The notes below the pieces were generated by a model. The model searched no databases and was not told the origin of the DNA. It saw only the letters and a program-made list of their open reading frames with translations. 64,000 nt of DNA, taken from positions 13,010 through 77,009 of the forward strand of contig JAKFFM010000039.1 in assembly GCA_036675075.1 (NCBI GenBank), in the 5' to 3' direction. Every line of letters begins with the position of its first letter. Position 1 is the stretch's first letter. The stretch comes from Bacteroidota bacterium. Lineage in GTDB: Bacteria > Bacteroidota > Bacteroidia > JAKFFM01. The position numbers were made by a program, and so were the translations under genes. This document shows positions 10,488 through 20,021 of this stretch, one piece after another.

Positions 10488-11627
10488 TTAACCTATAACC
10501 GCACGGCTGATCACGATCTTTTGAACTTCAGTTGTTCCTTCATAGATCTGAGTGATCTTTGCGTCACGCATCAATCTTTCAACGTGGTACTCCTTCACGT
10601 AGCCATAACCACCATGAACCTGAACAGCTTCTGTAGTGACTTCCATGGCAACACGTGAAGCGAACACTTTAGCCATTGCGCTGGCAGTGCTGTAATCCAT
10701 ATGCTGATCCTTCAGCCATGCAGCTTTAAGACAAAGCAAACGGGCAGCATCGATCTCAGTGGCCATGTCTGCAAGCTTAAACTGAATTGCCTGGTGCTGG
10801 CTGATTGTTTTACCAAAAGCTTTTCTTTCTTTCGAATAGCCAAGTGCCAGCTCATAAGCTCCGGCTGCGATACCCAGAGCCTGGGCTGCAATACCGATCC
10901 TTCCGCCAGCCAATGTTTTCATGGCAAACTTAAATCCGAAGCCATCTTCACCAATGCGGTTCTCTTTCGGAACTTTTACATCAGTGAACATCAAACTATG
11001 CGTATCGGAACCTCTGATTCCAAGCTTGTTTTCTTTAGGTCCAACAACAAATCCTTCCATGTCCTTTTCAACAATAAGGCAGTTGATCCCGCGGTGTCCT
11101 TTTGCAACATCCGTTTGTGCCATCACAAGGTAAACAGATGCTGATCCACCGTTGGTGATCCAGTTTTTTGTACCATTCAGGAGGTAATGATCTCCTTTGT
11201 CTATAGCCGTTGTTCTTTGTGATGTTGCATCAGATCCTGCTTCAGGTTCTGAAAGACAGAATGCACCAATGACCTCACCTTTTGCAAGTGGTACAAGGTA
11301 TTTGCGTTTTTGTTCTTCAGTTCCGAAATTCTCAAGTCCCCAGCATACAAGCGAGTTGTTGACAGACATTACAACAGATACCGATGCATCCACTTTGGAG
11401 ATCTCTTCCATTGCAAGAACATACGATATTGTATCAAGGCCGCCACCACCATACTCAGGGCTTACCATCATACCAAGGAAACCAAGCTCACCAAGCTGAC
11501 GAATTTCATCATGAGGAAACTTCTGGTGTTCATCACGTTCGATCACACCTGGTTTAAGAACATCGTTTGCAAAATCTCTTGCAGCTTTTCTGATCATCAA
11601 ATGTTCTTCGGATAATTCAAACTTCAT
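10488..11627 (-). CDS. acyl-CoA dehydrogenase (short/branched-chain type)
   Basis: FCLSEPEAGSDA, NGTKNWITN, GGYGY..ERLMRDAKITQIYEGT; start set at MKFELSEE because a TACATTTG element lies at 11675-11682. Confidence 0.95.
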   Translation of the reverse strand: MKFELSEEHLMIRKAARDFANDVLKPGVIERDEHQKFPHDEIRQLGELGFLGMMVSPEYGGGGLDTISYVLAMEEISKVDASVSVVMSVNNSLVCWGLENFGTEEQKRKYLVPLAKGEVIGAFCLSEPEAGSDATSQRTTAIDKGDHYLLNGTKNWITNGGSASVYLVMAQTDVAKGHRGINCLIVEKDMEGFVVGPKENKLGIRGSDTHSLMFTDVKVPKENRIGEDGFGFKFAMKTLAGGRIGIAAQALGIAAGAYELALGYSKERKAFGKTISQHQAIQFKLADMATEIDAARLLCLKAAWLKDQHMDYSTASAMAKVFASRVAMEVTTEAVQVHGGYGYVKEYHVERLMRDAKITQIYEGTTEVQKIVISRAVIG

Positions 11628-11727
11628 TTTCAGATGGTATAAATGGGTTAAAAATGCTTGATTTTCTAGATAAACAAATGTAACCTTTATTCTCAAAATT
11701 TGCTAATCTTGCCGGGCGCTCAGAGCT

Positions 11728-12780
11728 ATGAAAGAACTTAAGGTAACAGGGATCATGTCAGGAACTTCACTCGATGGTGTTGACCTGGCACTATGTGCAT
11801 TCTCGGAAGTTGATGGACGTATTACCTACAGAATTTTAAAAGCCATTACGGTCGGTTATTCTGATGAGTGGAAATCTAATCTTCGTTCGTTGGAAACGGC
11901 TTCTGCTGAAGAGCTTGCGTTCATGCACAGTACATACGGTGATTACCTTGGGCTGCTTGCAAAGGAGTTCCATGAAGGTGAGCAGGTTGACTTTATCAGC
12001 TCTCATGGGCATACGATCTTCCATCAGCCTCATCGCAGGTTTACTTTTCAGCTTGGCTCAGGTGCTTCCATCGCTGCGATTGCGGGTGTCCCTGTTGTAT
12101 GTGATTTCAGAAGTAAAGATGTCGCGTTGAAAGGGCAGGGTGCACCTTTGGTTCCTATTGGAGACGAACTGCTTTTCAGTGAATATGATTTTTGCCTTAA
12201 CCTTGGAGGGATCGCCAACATCTCCTATCGTTCGGATAAAAACAGGATCGCGTATGATATTTGTCCTGCTAACCTTGTTCTGAATGAACTCGCTTCTGAA
12301 GCTGGAATGAGCTATGATAATAAAGGATATCTTGCTTCACAGGGTACACTGATCAATGAACTCTTTACTGAACTGAATGCGCTCAGTTATTATTCGACAC
12401 CTTCTCCAAAGTCACTGGGCAGAGAGAATGTTGTTGAACTCTTTTTGCCATTGATGCAGCGGTATGCTCATCATTCGCTTTCTGATCGTTTGTTTACTTT
12501 CTCGTTGCATATTGCTAAGCAGCTCTCTCATGCTGCTTCATTCGGATCATCACAAAGGATGCTGGTAACAGGAGGTGGTGCATTCAATGATCATTTAATT
12601 AGTTTGATCAGAACGATGTGTGGCTGTGAAGTGATCGTGCCTGAAAAGAAGATCGTGGAGTTTAAGGAAGCTTTGATCTTCGCATTTCTGGGAATTCTGA
12701 GGTGGGAGGGAAGGGTGAATACGCTTGGTTCAGTGACCGGTGCAATTTCAGATTCCTGCGGAGGATGTGTGTATAAATGA
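11728..12780 (+). CDS. anmK: anhydro-N-acetylmuramic acid kinase
   Basis: GIMSGTSLDGVD, SHGHTIFHQP, GQGAPLVP, LNLGGIAN, PKSLGRE, KEALIFA. Confidence 0.95.
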   Translation: MKELKVTGIMSGTSLDGVDLALCAFSEVDGRITYRILKAITVGYSDEWKSNLRSLETASAEELAFMHSTYGDYLGLLAKEFHEGEQVDFISSHGHTIFHQPHRRFTFQLGSGASIAAIAGVPVVCDFRSKDVALKGQGAPLVPIGDELLFSEYDFCLNLGGIANISYRSDKNRIAYDICPANLVLNELASEAGMSYDNKGYLASQGTLINELFTELNALSYYSTPSPKSLGRENVVELFLPLMQRYAHHSLSDRLFTFSLHIAKQLSHAASFGSSQRMLVTGGGAFNDHLISLIRTMCGCEVIVPEKKIVEFKEALIFAFLGILRWEGRVNTLGSVTGAISDSCGGCVYK

Positions 12781-12805
12781 AAAGTCCCGGACTTGCCGGG
12801 ACTTT
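12781..12805. terminator. bidirectional terminator between anmK and the small K/D-rich gene
   Basis: AAAGTCCCGG-ACTTG-CCGGGACTTT perfect 10-bp stem. Confidence 0.8.
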
Positions 12806-12808
12806 ATG

Positions 12809-13036
12809 TTAAAAATCATCATCATCATCATCGAGACCAACCCCGCCTTCAAAATCATCCAGACCCACATCGTCCGGGTTAAAATCATCATCATCATTCT
12901 CGAAGGCTTTTGGATTTTTGCTTCGCTTAACTTCTTTTGATTTAAGAGGTTTTAGCTTGGAAGCTTTTTTTCCTGCGGCTTCAGAGCTCTTAGCAGTTTT
13001 TTTGGCTGCGCTCTTTTTTGCACCGGTTTTTTTCAT
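12809..13036 (-). CDS. small low-complexity protein with Lys-rich N-half and Asp-rich C-half
   Basis: 75-aa ATG ORF filling an otherwise empty gap and ending at the terminator hairpin; strongly non-random composition. Confidence 0.7.
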   Translation of the reverse strand: MKKTGAKKSAAKKTAKSSEAAGKKASKLKPLKSKEVKRSKNPKAFENDDDDFNPDDVGLDDFEGGVGLDDDDDDF

Positions 13037-13227
13037 GTTTGAAAGCTATGCTTTTAATATGACAGCAATTATACAAAGTTTGTAGAAAAAACTAAAATGG
13101 AAAAATATAATTCAACATTCGTTCCTTTTATTTTTTTTCATACTGAAAACACATGAAAGTTTCAAACATGTATGCAACATGAAAAAAGTCATTTTACTTT
13201 CTTTCCTGATCATTCGGGCGAGAACGT

Positions 13228-13235
13228 TAATTTTG
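13228..13235 (+). promoter_or_regulatory. -7 promoter element (TAATTTTG)
   Basis: Exact TAnnTTTG match upstream of ATG 13252. Confidence 0.6.
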
Positions 13236-13251
13236 CCAGACAATTTACATT

Positions 13252-14478
13252 ATGAAGAATCTTTTAGATCAGTTTGAAAATAAACGTCCGGAAATCGTAT
13301 TTGAATGGAAGGATGCGGAAAGTGAAGCGGAAGGCTGGGTGGTGATCAACTCGTTACGTGGTGGTGCTGCAGGTGGTGGAACACGCATGAGGAAAGGACT
13401 TGACCGTCGTGAAGTGGAATCTCTTGCAAAGACAATGGAAGTGAAGTTCACCGTTTCTGGCCCTGCGATCGGCGGTGCGAAGTCAGGTATCAATTTCGAT
13501 CCTGCTGATCCAAGAAAAGCGGCTGTTCTCAGAAGATGGTATAAAGCGGTGATGCCTCTGCTGAAGAATTATTACGGCACAGGCGGTGACCTTAATGTTG
13601 ATGAGATCCATGAAGTGATCCCTATCACCGAAGATTTCGGATTATGGCATCCACAGGAAGGCGTTGTGAACGGATACTTCTCTCCTAAAGAAAATGAAAA
13701 GATCCATAAGATCGGTCAGCTCAGAATGGGCGTTTCAAAAGTGCTTGAGGATGCAACGTTCTCTCCTGACCTGAATAGAAAATATACCATCGCTGACATG
13801 ATCACCGGTTACGGCGTTGCCGAGTCGGTTCGACATTATTACAACAGCTCTTCAGAATCAGTTGCCGGAAAGCGTGTGATCATCCAGGGTTGGGGGAATG
13901 TCGCTGCAGCAGCAGGATATTACCTCGCAGCGAATGGCGCACGCATCACAGGGATTATCGACAGAAACGGTGGTCTTATTAAACCTGAAGGTTTTTCTTT
14001 TGAAGAGATCAGTGAGTTATTCCTGAACCGTGATGGCAATGCATTGAAAGCTCCGAATATGTTATCATCTGAAGAGATCAGTAAAGCGATCTGGTCATCA
14101 GGTGCTGAAGTGTTCATACCGGCCGCAGCGAGTCGTCTGGTAACAAGAGATCAGATTGATCAGCTTATCAAAGGCGGACTCGAAGTGATCTCATGTGGCG
14201 CGAATGTCCCGTTTGCTGACAAGGAGATTTTTTTCGGACCAATTGCAGAGCATGCTGACCAGGCAGTGGCCGTGATTCCAGACTTTGTCGCGAATTGTGG
14301 TATGGCTCGTGTGTTTGCATTCCTTATGCAGGAAAAGATCGAGATCTCCGATAAAGCGATCTTCAATGATGTCTCTTCAACAATTGGTAATGCGATACTG
14401 AACATCAGGAAGAGGCACCAGGATAAAAAGAATCTTTCTAAAACAGCCTTCGAAATAGCCCTTGAACAGCTTCTCTGA
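13252..14478 (+). CDS. Glu/Leu/Phe/Val dehydrogenase family protein
   Basis: GGAAGGGTRM, MEVKF..GGAKSG, QGWGNV nucleotide-binding loop, GAN, PDFVANCG. Confidence 0.9.
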   Translation: MKNLLDQFENKRPEIVFEWKDAESEAEGWVVINSLRGGAAGGGTRMRKGLDRREVESLAKTMEVKFTVSGPAIGGAKSGINFDPADPRKAAVLRRWYKAVMPLLKNYYGTGGDLNVDEIHEVIPITEDFGLWHPQEGVVNGYFSPKENEKIHKIGQLRMGVSKVLEDATFSPDLNRKYTIADMITGYGVAESVRHYYNSSSESVAGKRVIIQGWGNVAAAAGYYLAANGARITGIIDRNGGLIKPEGFSFEEISELFLNRDGNALKAPNMLSSEEISKAIWSSGAEVFIPAAASRLVTRDQIDQLIKGGLEVISCGANVPFADKEIFFGPIAEHADQAVAVIPDFVANCGMARVFAFLMQEKIEISDKAIFNDVSSTIGNAILNIRKRHQDKKNLSKTAFEIALEQLL

Positions 14479-15562
14479 CATATACTTCTTCCAAAAGAAG
14501 TTCATGGGTAATACGGTGGAGACGTACACGTACTTCATCATTATCATCATCATCGGACTTCTGTTTAAAAAGCTGCTCTCGAAGCTTCTTACAAGATTCC
14601 TGTATGGCTTTTTGCAGAAGTATTCCAAAGGTGTCAGCTATGATGCCTTTCTAATCCTGGTTGAGAAGCCTATTGGTTTCTGTATCCTTTTAATCACTTT
14701 TTACTTTGCCTTTGATCAGCTGGCTTTTCCTGCGAGCTGGAAGATGGCTGATAAGGATGAATTTGGGTTAAGAATGGTTTTGCATCGTGGATACCTTGTA
14801 GCTCTGGTGCTCAGCTTCACCTGGGTAATCCTCCGTGTTGTTGATTTTTTCGGGCTGATCTTCATTCACCGTGCTTCGCTTACCGAAAGTAAAACCGATG
14901 ATCAGATCATCCCGTTTATCAAGGAGAGCATTAAGATCATCCTGATCATCTTCAGCATCTTTTTTATCCTCGGAACGGTCTTCAACCTGAACATCACATC
15001 ACTCATCGCGGGTCTTGGTATTGGAGGTTTGGCGATCGCACTGGCAGCCAAGGAATCACTTGAAAACCTTCTCGGATCGTTCACGATTTTCCTTGATAAG
15101 CCTTTCACTGTTGGTGATGCTGTCAAAATAGGAAATGTAAGCGGCACTGTTGAACGCATTGGATTCCGCAGCACAAGGATCAGAACAGTTGACAGAACAT
15201 TTGTGACGGTACCCAATAAAAAAATGGTGGATACGGAACTTGATAACCTGTCGCTGAGGAACTATTGGCGTGCACGATTTGATGTACCTGTCATCTTCGA
15301 AACTTCAGAAGAGAGCATGAAAGAAATTCTCGCTCAGTCGAGAAAGTACATTTCAGAACATCCAATGATCATCAATGATACTACTGTGCACTTTATAGAT
15401 TTCGGAGAGTATTCATTGAAACTGTATGTGCAGTATTTTGTAAACACTACCGACTGGGAGCAATTCTGTAAGGTCAGGGAAGAGATCAATCTTAAAATGA
15501 TCTCGATTATACGCTCTAATGGAAGCGACCTGGCTTATCCGGTTAGCAAGGTGAAAGGCTGA
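14462..15562 (+). CDS. small-conductance mechanosensitive channel (MscS family)
   Basis: AGLGIGGLAIALAAKESLENL, DKPFTVGD, GTVERIGFRSTRIRT; TTG start, alternative ATG at 14504. Confidence 0.92.
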   Translation: MNSFSDIYFFQKKFMGNTVETYTYFIIIIIIGLLFKKLLSKLLTRFLYGFLQKYSKGVSYDAFLILVEKPIGFCILLITFYFAFDQLAFPASWKMADKDEFGLRMVLHRGYLVALVLSFTWVILRVVDFFGLIFIHRASLTESKTDDQIIPFIKESIKIILIIFSIFFILGTVFNLNITSLIAGLGIGGLAIALAAKESLENLLGSFTIFLDKPFTVGDAVKIGNVSGTVERIGFRSTRIRTVDRTFVTVPNKKMVDTELDNLSLRNYWRARFDVPVIFETSEESMKEILAQSRKYISEHPMIINDTTVHFIDFGEYSLKLYVQYFVNTTDWEQFCKVREEINLKMISIIRSNGSDLAYPVSKVKG

Positions 15563-15569
15563 TCAGCTG

Positions 15570-16829
15570 TTACCTCAAAACCTGAAGTCTGTAAGAATCA
15601 AGCTTGATAAAAATAAAGAGCAGCACGGTAAAGGCCCACAGTGAAGATCCTCCGTAGCTGAAGAATGGCAGAGGGATACCGATCACCGGCATCAGTCCCA
15701 TGGTCATTCCAATGTTTACTGTGAGGTGAAAGAAAATGATCGAGGCGACACCATATCCATAGATCCTGCTGAAAGCTGACCGCTGTCGTTCAGCCACTAG
15801 AATGATGCGTACCAGCAGGGTGACAAAAAGGCTGATCACAACAAGACTTCCTACAAATCCCCATTCTTCTCCTACCGTGCAGAAAATAAAGTCTGTACTT
15901 TGTTCAGGAACGAAATCATATTTAGTCTGAGTTCCCTGAAGATAACCTTTACCGAGAAATCCTCCGGATCCAATTGCGATCATTGATTGATTCACATTGT
16001 ATCCAGCCTTCTTTTTATCAGTCTCTTTACCAAGAAAAACATTGATCCTTTTTTTCTGATGTGGCTCCAGCTTATCGAATGCAAAGTTCACACTGAAGAT
16101 CGTTCCAAGTGCAATGAAAGCGCCCAGGAGAAGCTTCGCTAAGTTCTTTCCATTCTTTTTCATGGCAATAAAGATGATCACCGAAACAGCTGCCACAGTT
16201 GCAAAGAGTGTCACCTTGTTAATCAGCAGGGCGAGAAGAAACAGGATGATCATGGAAAATCCAAGAAGAAGAATGTTACCTGAAAGCCCTTCTCTGTACA
16301 ACACAAAAATGAACGATGCGGAAACCAATGCAACACCTGTTTCATTTTCAAGGAGGATCAACACCATCGGAAGAAGGATAAAGATCCCGGAGATTACCTT
16401 TGTCTTCAGGTCGCTGATCCGGATGTTCACGGTACTCAGAAACTTGGCGAGTGCGAGGTTCGTGGTGAACTTGGCAAATTCTGCAGGCTGTATTCCTATC
16501 TCGCCAAAGCGGAACCATGAACGGCTTCCTTTCACATCGGTACCAAAAAACAGAACAGCGATGAGCGCTATGATCCCTATGATGTAGATGGGATAGGCAA
16601 AGGTGGTGTAGAATGCGCCATCGATGATGAGAATGACCGTTGCAAGCACTACAGCTGTAATGATCCAGATCATCTGCTTGCCATACTTTTCATTCACGTC
16701 GAAGATGCTTGAATGCTCTTCATTGAAGACTGCTGCATAAATATTCAGCCAGCCCATGATGACCAGTGCCAGGTACAATCCTACAAGTAGAAGATCCAGG
16801 TTTTGGAATATGCTTTTTTGCTCTCTCAC
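15570..16829 (-). CDS. rodA: rod shape-determining protein RodA (SEDS)
   Basis: QPAEFAK, QSMIAIGSGG..GKG, PEQSTDFIF, GIPLPFFSYGGSS; follows mrdA. Confidence 0.96.
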   Translation of the reverse strand: MREQKSIFQNLDLLLVGLYLALVIMGWLNIYAAVFNEEHSSIFDVNEKYGKQMIWIITAVVLATVILIIDGAFYTTFAYPIYIIGIIALIAVLFFGTDVKGSRSWFRFGEIGIQPAEFAKFTTNLALAKFLSTVNIRISDLKTKVISGIFILLPMVLILLENETGVALVSASFIFVLYREGLSGNILLLGFSMIILFLLALLINKVTLFATVAAVSVIIFIAMKKNGKNLAKLLLGAFIALGTIFSVNFAFDKLEPHQKKRINVFLGKETDKKKAGYNVNQSMIAIGSGGFLGKGYLQGTQTKYDFVPEQSTDFIFCTVGEEWGFVGSLVVISLFVTLLVRIILVAERQRSAFSRIYGYGVASIIFFHLTVNIGMTMGLMPVIGIPLPFFSYGGSSLWAFTVLLFIFIKLDSYRLQVLR

Positions 16830-18649
16830 TGTTTGATTGTTGTGGTGATCAGGTTGCCATCGAACATCCGCTTTTCAAGTTCCGGGCGGGTAATTGTGTC
16901 ATTCAGGTATTTCTCAAGCATCAGGCTGGCGATAGGAGCTGCCCAGGTTGCACCGAATCCGGAGTTCTCTACCATCACAGCAATGGCGATCTTTGGATTG
17001 TCCTTGGGTGCAAAGCATACAAACAATGAGTGATCCTTTCCATGCGGATTCTGCGCAGTACCAGTTTTCCCGCAGATCTGCATTCCTTTAATCTTGGCTA
17101 CCCTTGCAGTTCCTGCTTCAACTACCTGTTCCATCCCGTCGATGATCGTTCCGAAATGTTCAGGATCGATCCTGGTATAATTCTTCTCAAGGAAATCAGG
17201 TCTGAAATTGGTCTGGCCGGCAACGGACTTTATGATATGCGGGACATAATAATATCCACGGTTCGCAATGGTACACATGATATTGGCCATCTGCAGAGGT
17301 GTGATCCCAAGTTCTCCCTGACCGATCGACAATGACACGATCGTTGATGATTTCCATGAGCCTTTTCCAAAATACTTGTCATAGTACTTTACTGAAGGCA
17401 CCATTCCTCTAAGCTCCTGCGGAAGATCTGTGTTCAGCTTGCGTCCTATACCAAAGCTCATTACATAGTCACGCCATGCCTGGTAGCCTTCTTCTGTGTT
17501 CTTGTATTTTTTGTTATCGATGATGCTTCTGAAAACATAGCAGTAATATGAATTACATGAATGCTGAACAGACTGTGAGAGATCAAGCGGTGAAGCATGA
17601 GGGTGACAACCCGGACGACCACCCATTACAGGATATCCGCGTGCGCATGGATACCTGGTCTCAGGCCTGAGCACTCCTTCCTGCTGCCCGATCAGGCCGT
17701 TGATCAGCTTGAACGTTGAACCCGGCGGATAGTATGCCATCAGCGCCCTGTTGAAGAGCGGAACGAGTACGGTATCCTTTAATAGCTTCCCATAATTTTT
17801 CGTACGGTCACGGCCTACAAGCAGATTCGGATTGTATGAAGGGCTGGTGACAGCTGCGAGGATCTCTCCTGTGGATGGTTCTATGGCAACCACGGATCCT
17901 TTTTTATTCTGCATCAGCAACTCACCATACGCCTGAAGTTCAGCGTCAAGTGTGCTCATCAGGTTTTTCCCTGGAAGGGCCAGGGTATCGTAGATGCCAT
18001 TCATATAGCTGCCCTTTTCCCTGTTGTGCACATCAACCATGACGATCCGGACACCACGCTGGCCGCGTAATTCCTTCTCATACGATTTTTCAATCCCACT
18101 GATGCCAATGTAATCACCTTCACGGTAGTATCCCTGTTTTGCGATCTCAGGATTTACTTCACCGATGTAGCCAAGTGTATGGGCAGCCACTTCACTTGGA
18201 TATTTTCGAAGGGTACGTGACTGTACAAAGAATCCATTGAATTTATAGAGCTTTTCCTGAAGAACAGCATAGGTCTCAACAGAGATCTGCTTTTCAAAGA
18301 TGGATGGCTTGTAGCGTGAATAGGCGGTCGCTTCCGAGAGCTTTTTTTCAAACTGCTCTCTTGTGATACCAATGGAATTGCAAAGGTCCATGGTGTCAAT
18401 ATCTTTCACCTGCTTTGGAAGAACCATCAGGTCATACGCTGCCTCGTTATAAACAAGAAGCGTTCCGTTACGGTCATAAATAAGACCCCTCGCAGGATAG
18501 TCAATGGTGTAGCGGAATGCCTGGTTCTTGGCATCCAGCTTATAGGTGTCATCAATCACCTGTATGTAAAAAAGCCGAAGAAGGAAAATGAATCCGACCC
18601 CGATGATGATCAGGATCATTACGATCTTGCGGTCTGAAAAATTGTTCAT
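16826..18649 (-). CDS. mrdA: penicillin-binding protein 2
   Basis: PARGLIYDRNG, PPGSTFK (SxxK), SCN, GKTGTAQ. Confidence 0.96.
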   Translation of the reverse strand: MNNFSDRKIVMILIIIGVGFIFLLRLFYIQVIDDTYKLDAKNQAFRYTIDYPARGLIYDRNGTLLVYNEAAYDLMVLPKQVKDIDTMDLCNSIGITREQFEKKLSEATAYSRYKPSIFEKQISVETYAVLQEKLYKFNGFFVQSRTLRKYPSEVAAHTLGYIGEVNPEIAKQGYYREGDYIGISGIEKSYEKELRGQRGVRIVMVDVHNREKGSYMNGIYDTLALPGKNLMSTLDAELQAYGELLMQNKKGSVVAIEPSTGEILAAVTSPSYNPNLLVGRDRTKNYGKLLKDTVLVPLFNRALMAYYPPGSTFKLINGLIGQQEGVLRPETRYPCARGYPVMGGRPGCHPHASPLDLSQSVQHSCNSYYCYVFRSIIDNKKYKNTEEGYQAWRDYVMSFGIGRKLNTDLPQELRGMVPSVKYYDKYFGKGSWKSSTIVSLSIGQGELGITPLQMANIMCTIANRGYYYVPHIIKSVAGQTNFRPDFLEKNYTRIDPEHFGTIIDGMEQVVEAGTARVAKIKGMQICGKTGTAQNPHGKDHSLFVCFAPKDNPKIAIAVMVENSGFGATWAAPIASLMLEKYLNDTITRPELEKRMFDGNLITTTIKQ

Positions 18650-19164
18650 GCTTTATTCCTGCTCCTGTAAAACAGAAATTGGGTTATAATGATTAACGAG
18701 AACGTAAAACCGCTGCTTAATATTACTCTTAAAAATGTTCTCCAGAATTCATCAAACCGAAAGATCTCAAGGTAGAATAAAGCGAAATGGTGAAGGATCA
18801 CAAGAATGCCTGCATATGAGAAATACCATTTCGGCCCCAGGTGATGCAATGTGGGCTGTGTTCCGAATTCATAACCTTCCCGGGGAGAGATCAGCTTCAG
18901 CACTTTAGGCCTCATGAAAGCCAGGAAGACCGTGGCTGCTGCATGTAGTCCCATGGTGTCCATGAACATGTCGATGGTAAGACCAGTGACAAGGCCCAGC
19001 AGCATGAGCAATGCGGAAGGTGTCTCGAATGGCAGCATGAGTACAAACAGGATGTACAGAAATGGATTCAGGTACCCACTCACCTGGAAATTATTCAGCA
19101 CCAGGATCTGTATGAGCATCAGGAAAATAAACCTGAAAAAGTTCCGCAGTATTTCGTTAATCAT
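18646..19164 (-). CDS. mreD: rod shape-determining protein MreD
   Basis: Hydrophobic 172-aa protein with GLTIDMF..GLHA; lies between mreC and mrdA. Confidence 0.9.
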   Translation of the reverse strand: MINEILRNFFRFIFLMLIQILVLNNFQVSGYLNPFLYILFVLMLPFETPSALLMLLGLVTGLTIDMFMDTMGLHAAATVFLAFMRPKVLKLISPREGYEFGTQPTLHHLGPKWYFSYAGILVILHHFALFYLEIFRFDEFWRTFLRVILSSGFTFSLIIITQFLFYRSRNKA

Positions 19165-19987
19165 TCTGAGACCTCATTTCTAGTTTTTGCTGCTCCTCTT
19201 TCATCAGGTTATCGATCACATAGACATAGCTAAGGTTTTTAAAGTCTGTGGATAGCTTGACCCTGATCACATAAAAGTTCTTTCCTGGCTTAAGCTCAAA
19301 GCTTTCAATCACTCCAGCCATCACGCCTTCCGGAAAAAGTGTGGAATAAGCATTCGTTTGAATGGTATCTCCTTTAGCCAGCTCCACGTTTACAGGAATG
19401 TCGTTAAGCGTTGCATACCTGTAGTCGCCGCCTTCCCATACCAGTGAACCAAAGAAGTTTGTGTGTTTGATCTTTACGCTGATGCGTGCATCTTTATGAA
19501 GCAGGCAAAGGATGCTTGAGAAGTTATCCGATACATCTTTTACAATGCCTACAATGCCATTGCTGCAGATTACTGCGGTTTCTGGCTTGATACCCTGCAG
19601 TCGGCCTCTGTCGATCGTGAGGTAATTGTTCCTGCGGTTTACGGAATTGTTGATCACCCGTGCGCTGGTATAATGGTATTGCTGACGAAGCAGGGTGTCT
19701 TTGATCAGGCTGTCACGAACTTTCAGATCCATATAAGAATCCTTCAGCATGTTATGCAGCATCGCATTTTCATTTGCGAGCGCTTCGTTGGCATTTTTCA
19801 GTCTGAAATACTGGCCAACCTGGCTCATGCCCTGATAGACCTGTCCTGCTACACGGTTGGCTGAAGTAATGTATGCAGCTTTATGAAAGTTGTTGTTTTG
19901 AAATAGCAGAAAGAAACATCCAACCTCAAGGATCAGAAAGAGGAAGTATTCATAATTTCTCCAGATAAAGGCAAATAAGTTGCGCAT
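19157..19987 (-). CDS. mreC: rod shape-determining protein MreC
   Basis: N-terminal TM, coiled coil, NYLTIDRG, GIVG, FPEG; operon position. Confidence 0.93.
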   Translation of the reverse strand: MRNLFAFIWRNYEYFLFLILEVGCFFLLFQNNNFHKAAYITSANRVAGQVYQGMSQVGQYFRLKNANEALANENAMLHNMLKDSYMDLKVRDSLIKDTLLRQQYHYTSARVINNSVNRRNNYLTIDRGRLQGIKPETAVICSNGIVGIVKDVSDNFSSILCLLHKDARISVKIKHTNFFGSLVWEGGDYRYATLNDIPVNVELAKGDTIQTNAYSTLFPEGVMAGVIESFELKPGKNFYVIRVKLSTDFKNLSYVYVIDNLMKEEQQKLEMRSQND

Positions 19988-20021
19988 TCGGAATGGTTGC
20001 TCCCTCTATTTTGATTAGGTT

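Noticed and set aside
12811-12900. ATC-triplet repeats as a CRISPR or tandem-repeat element
   Set aside because: These are Asp codons (GAT) of the minus-strand small protein; no spacer structure
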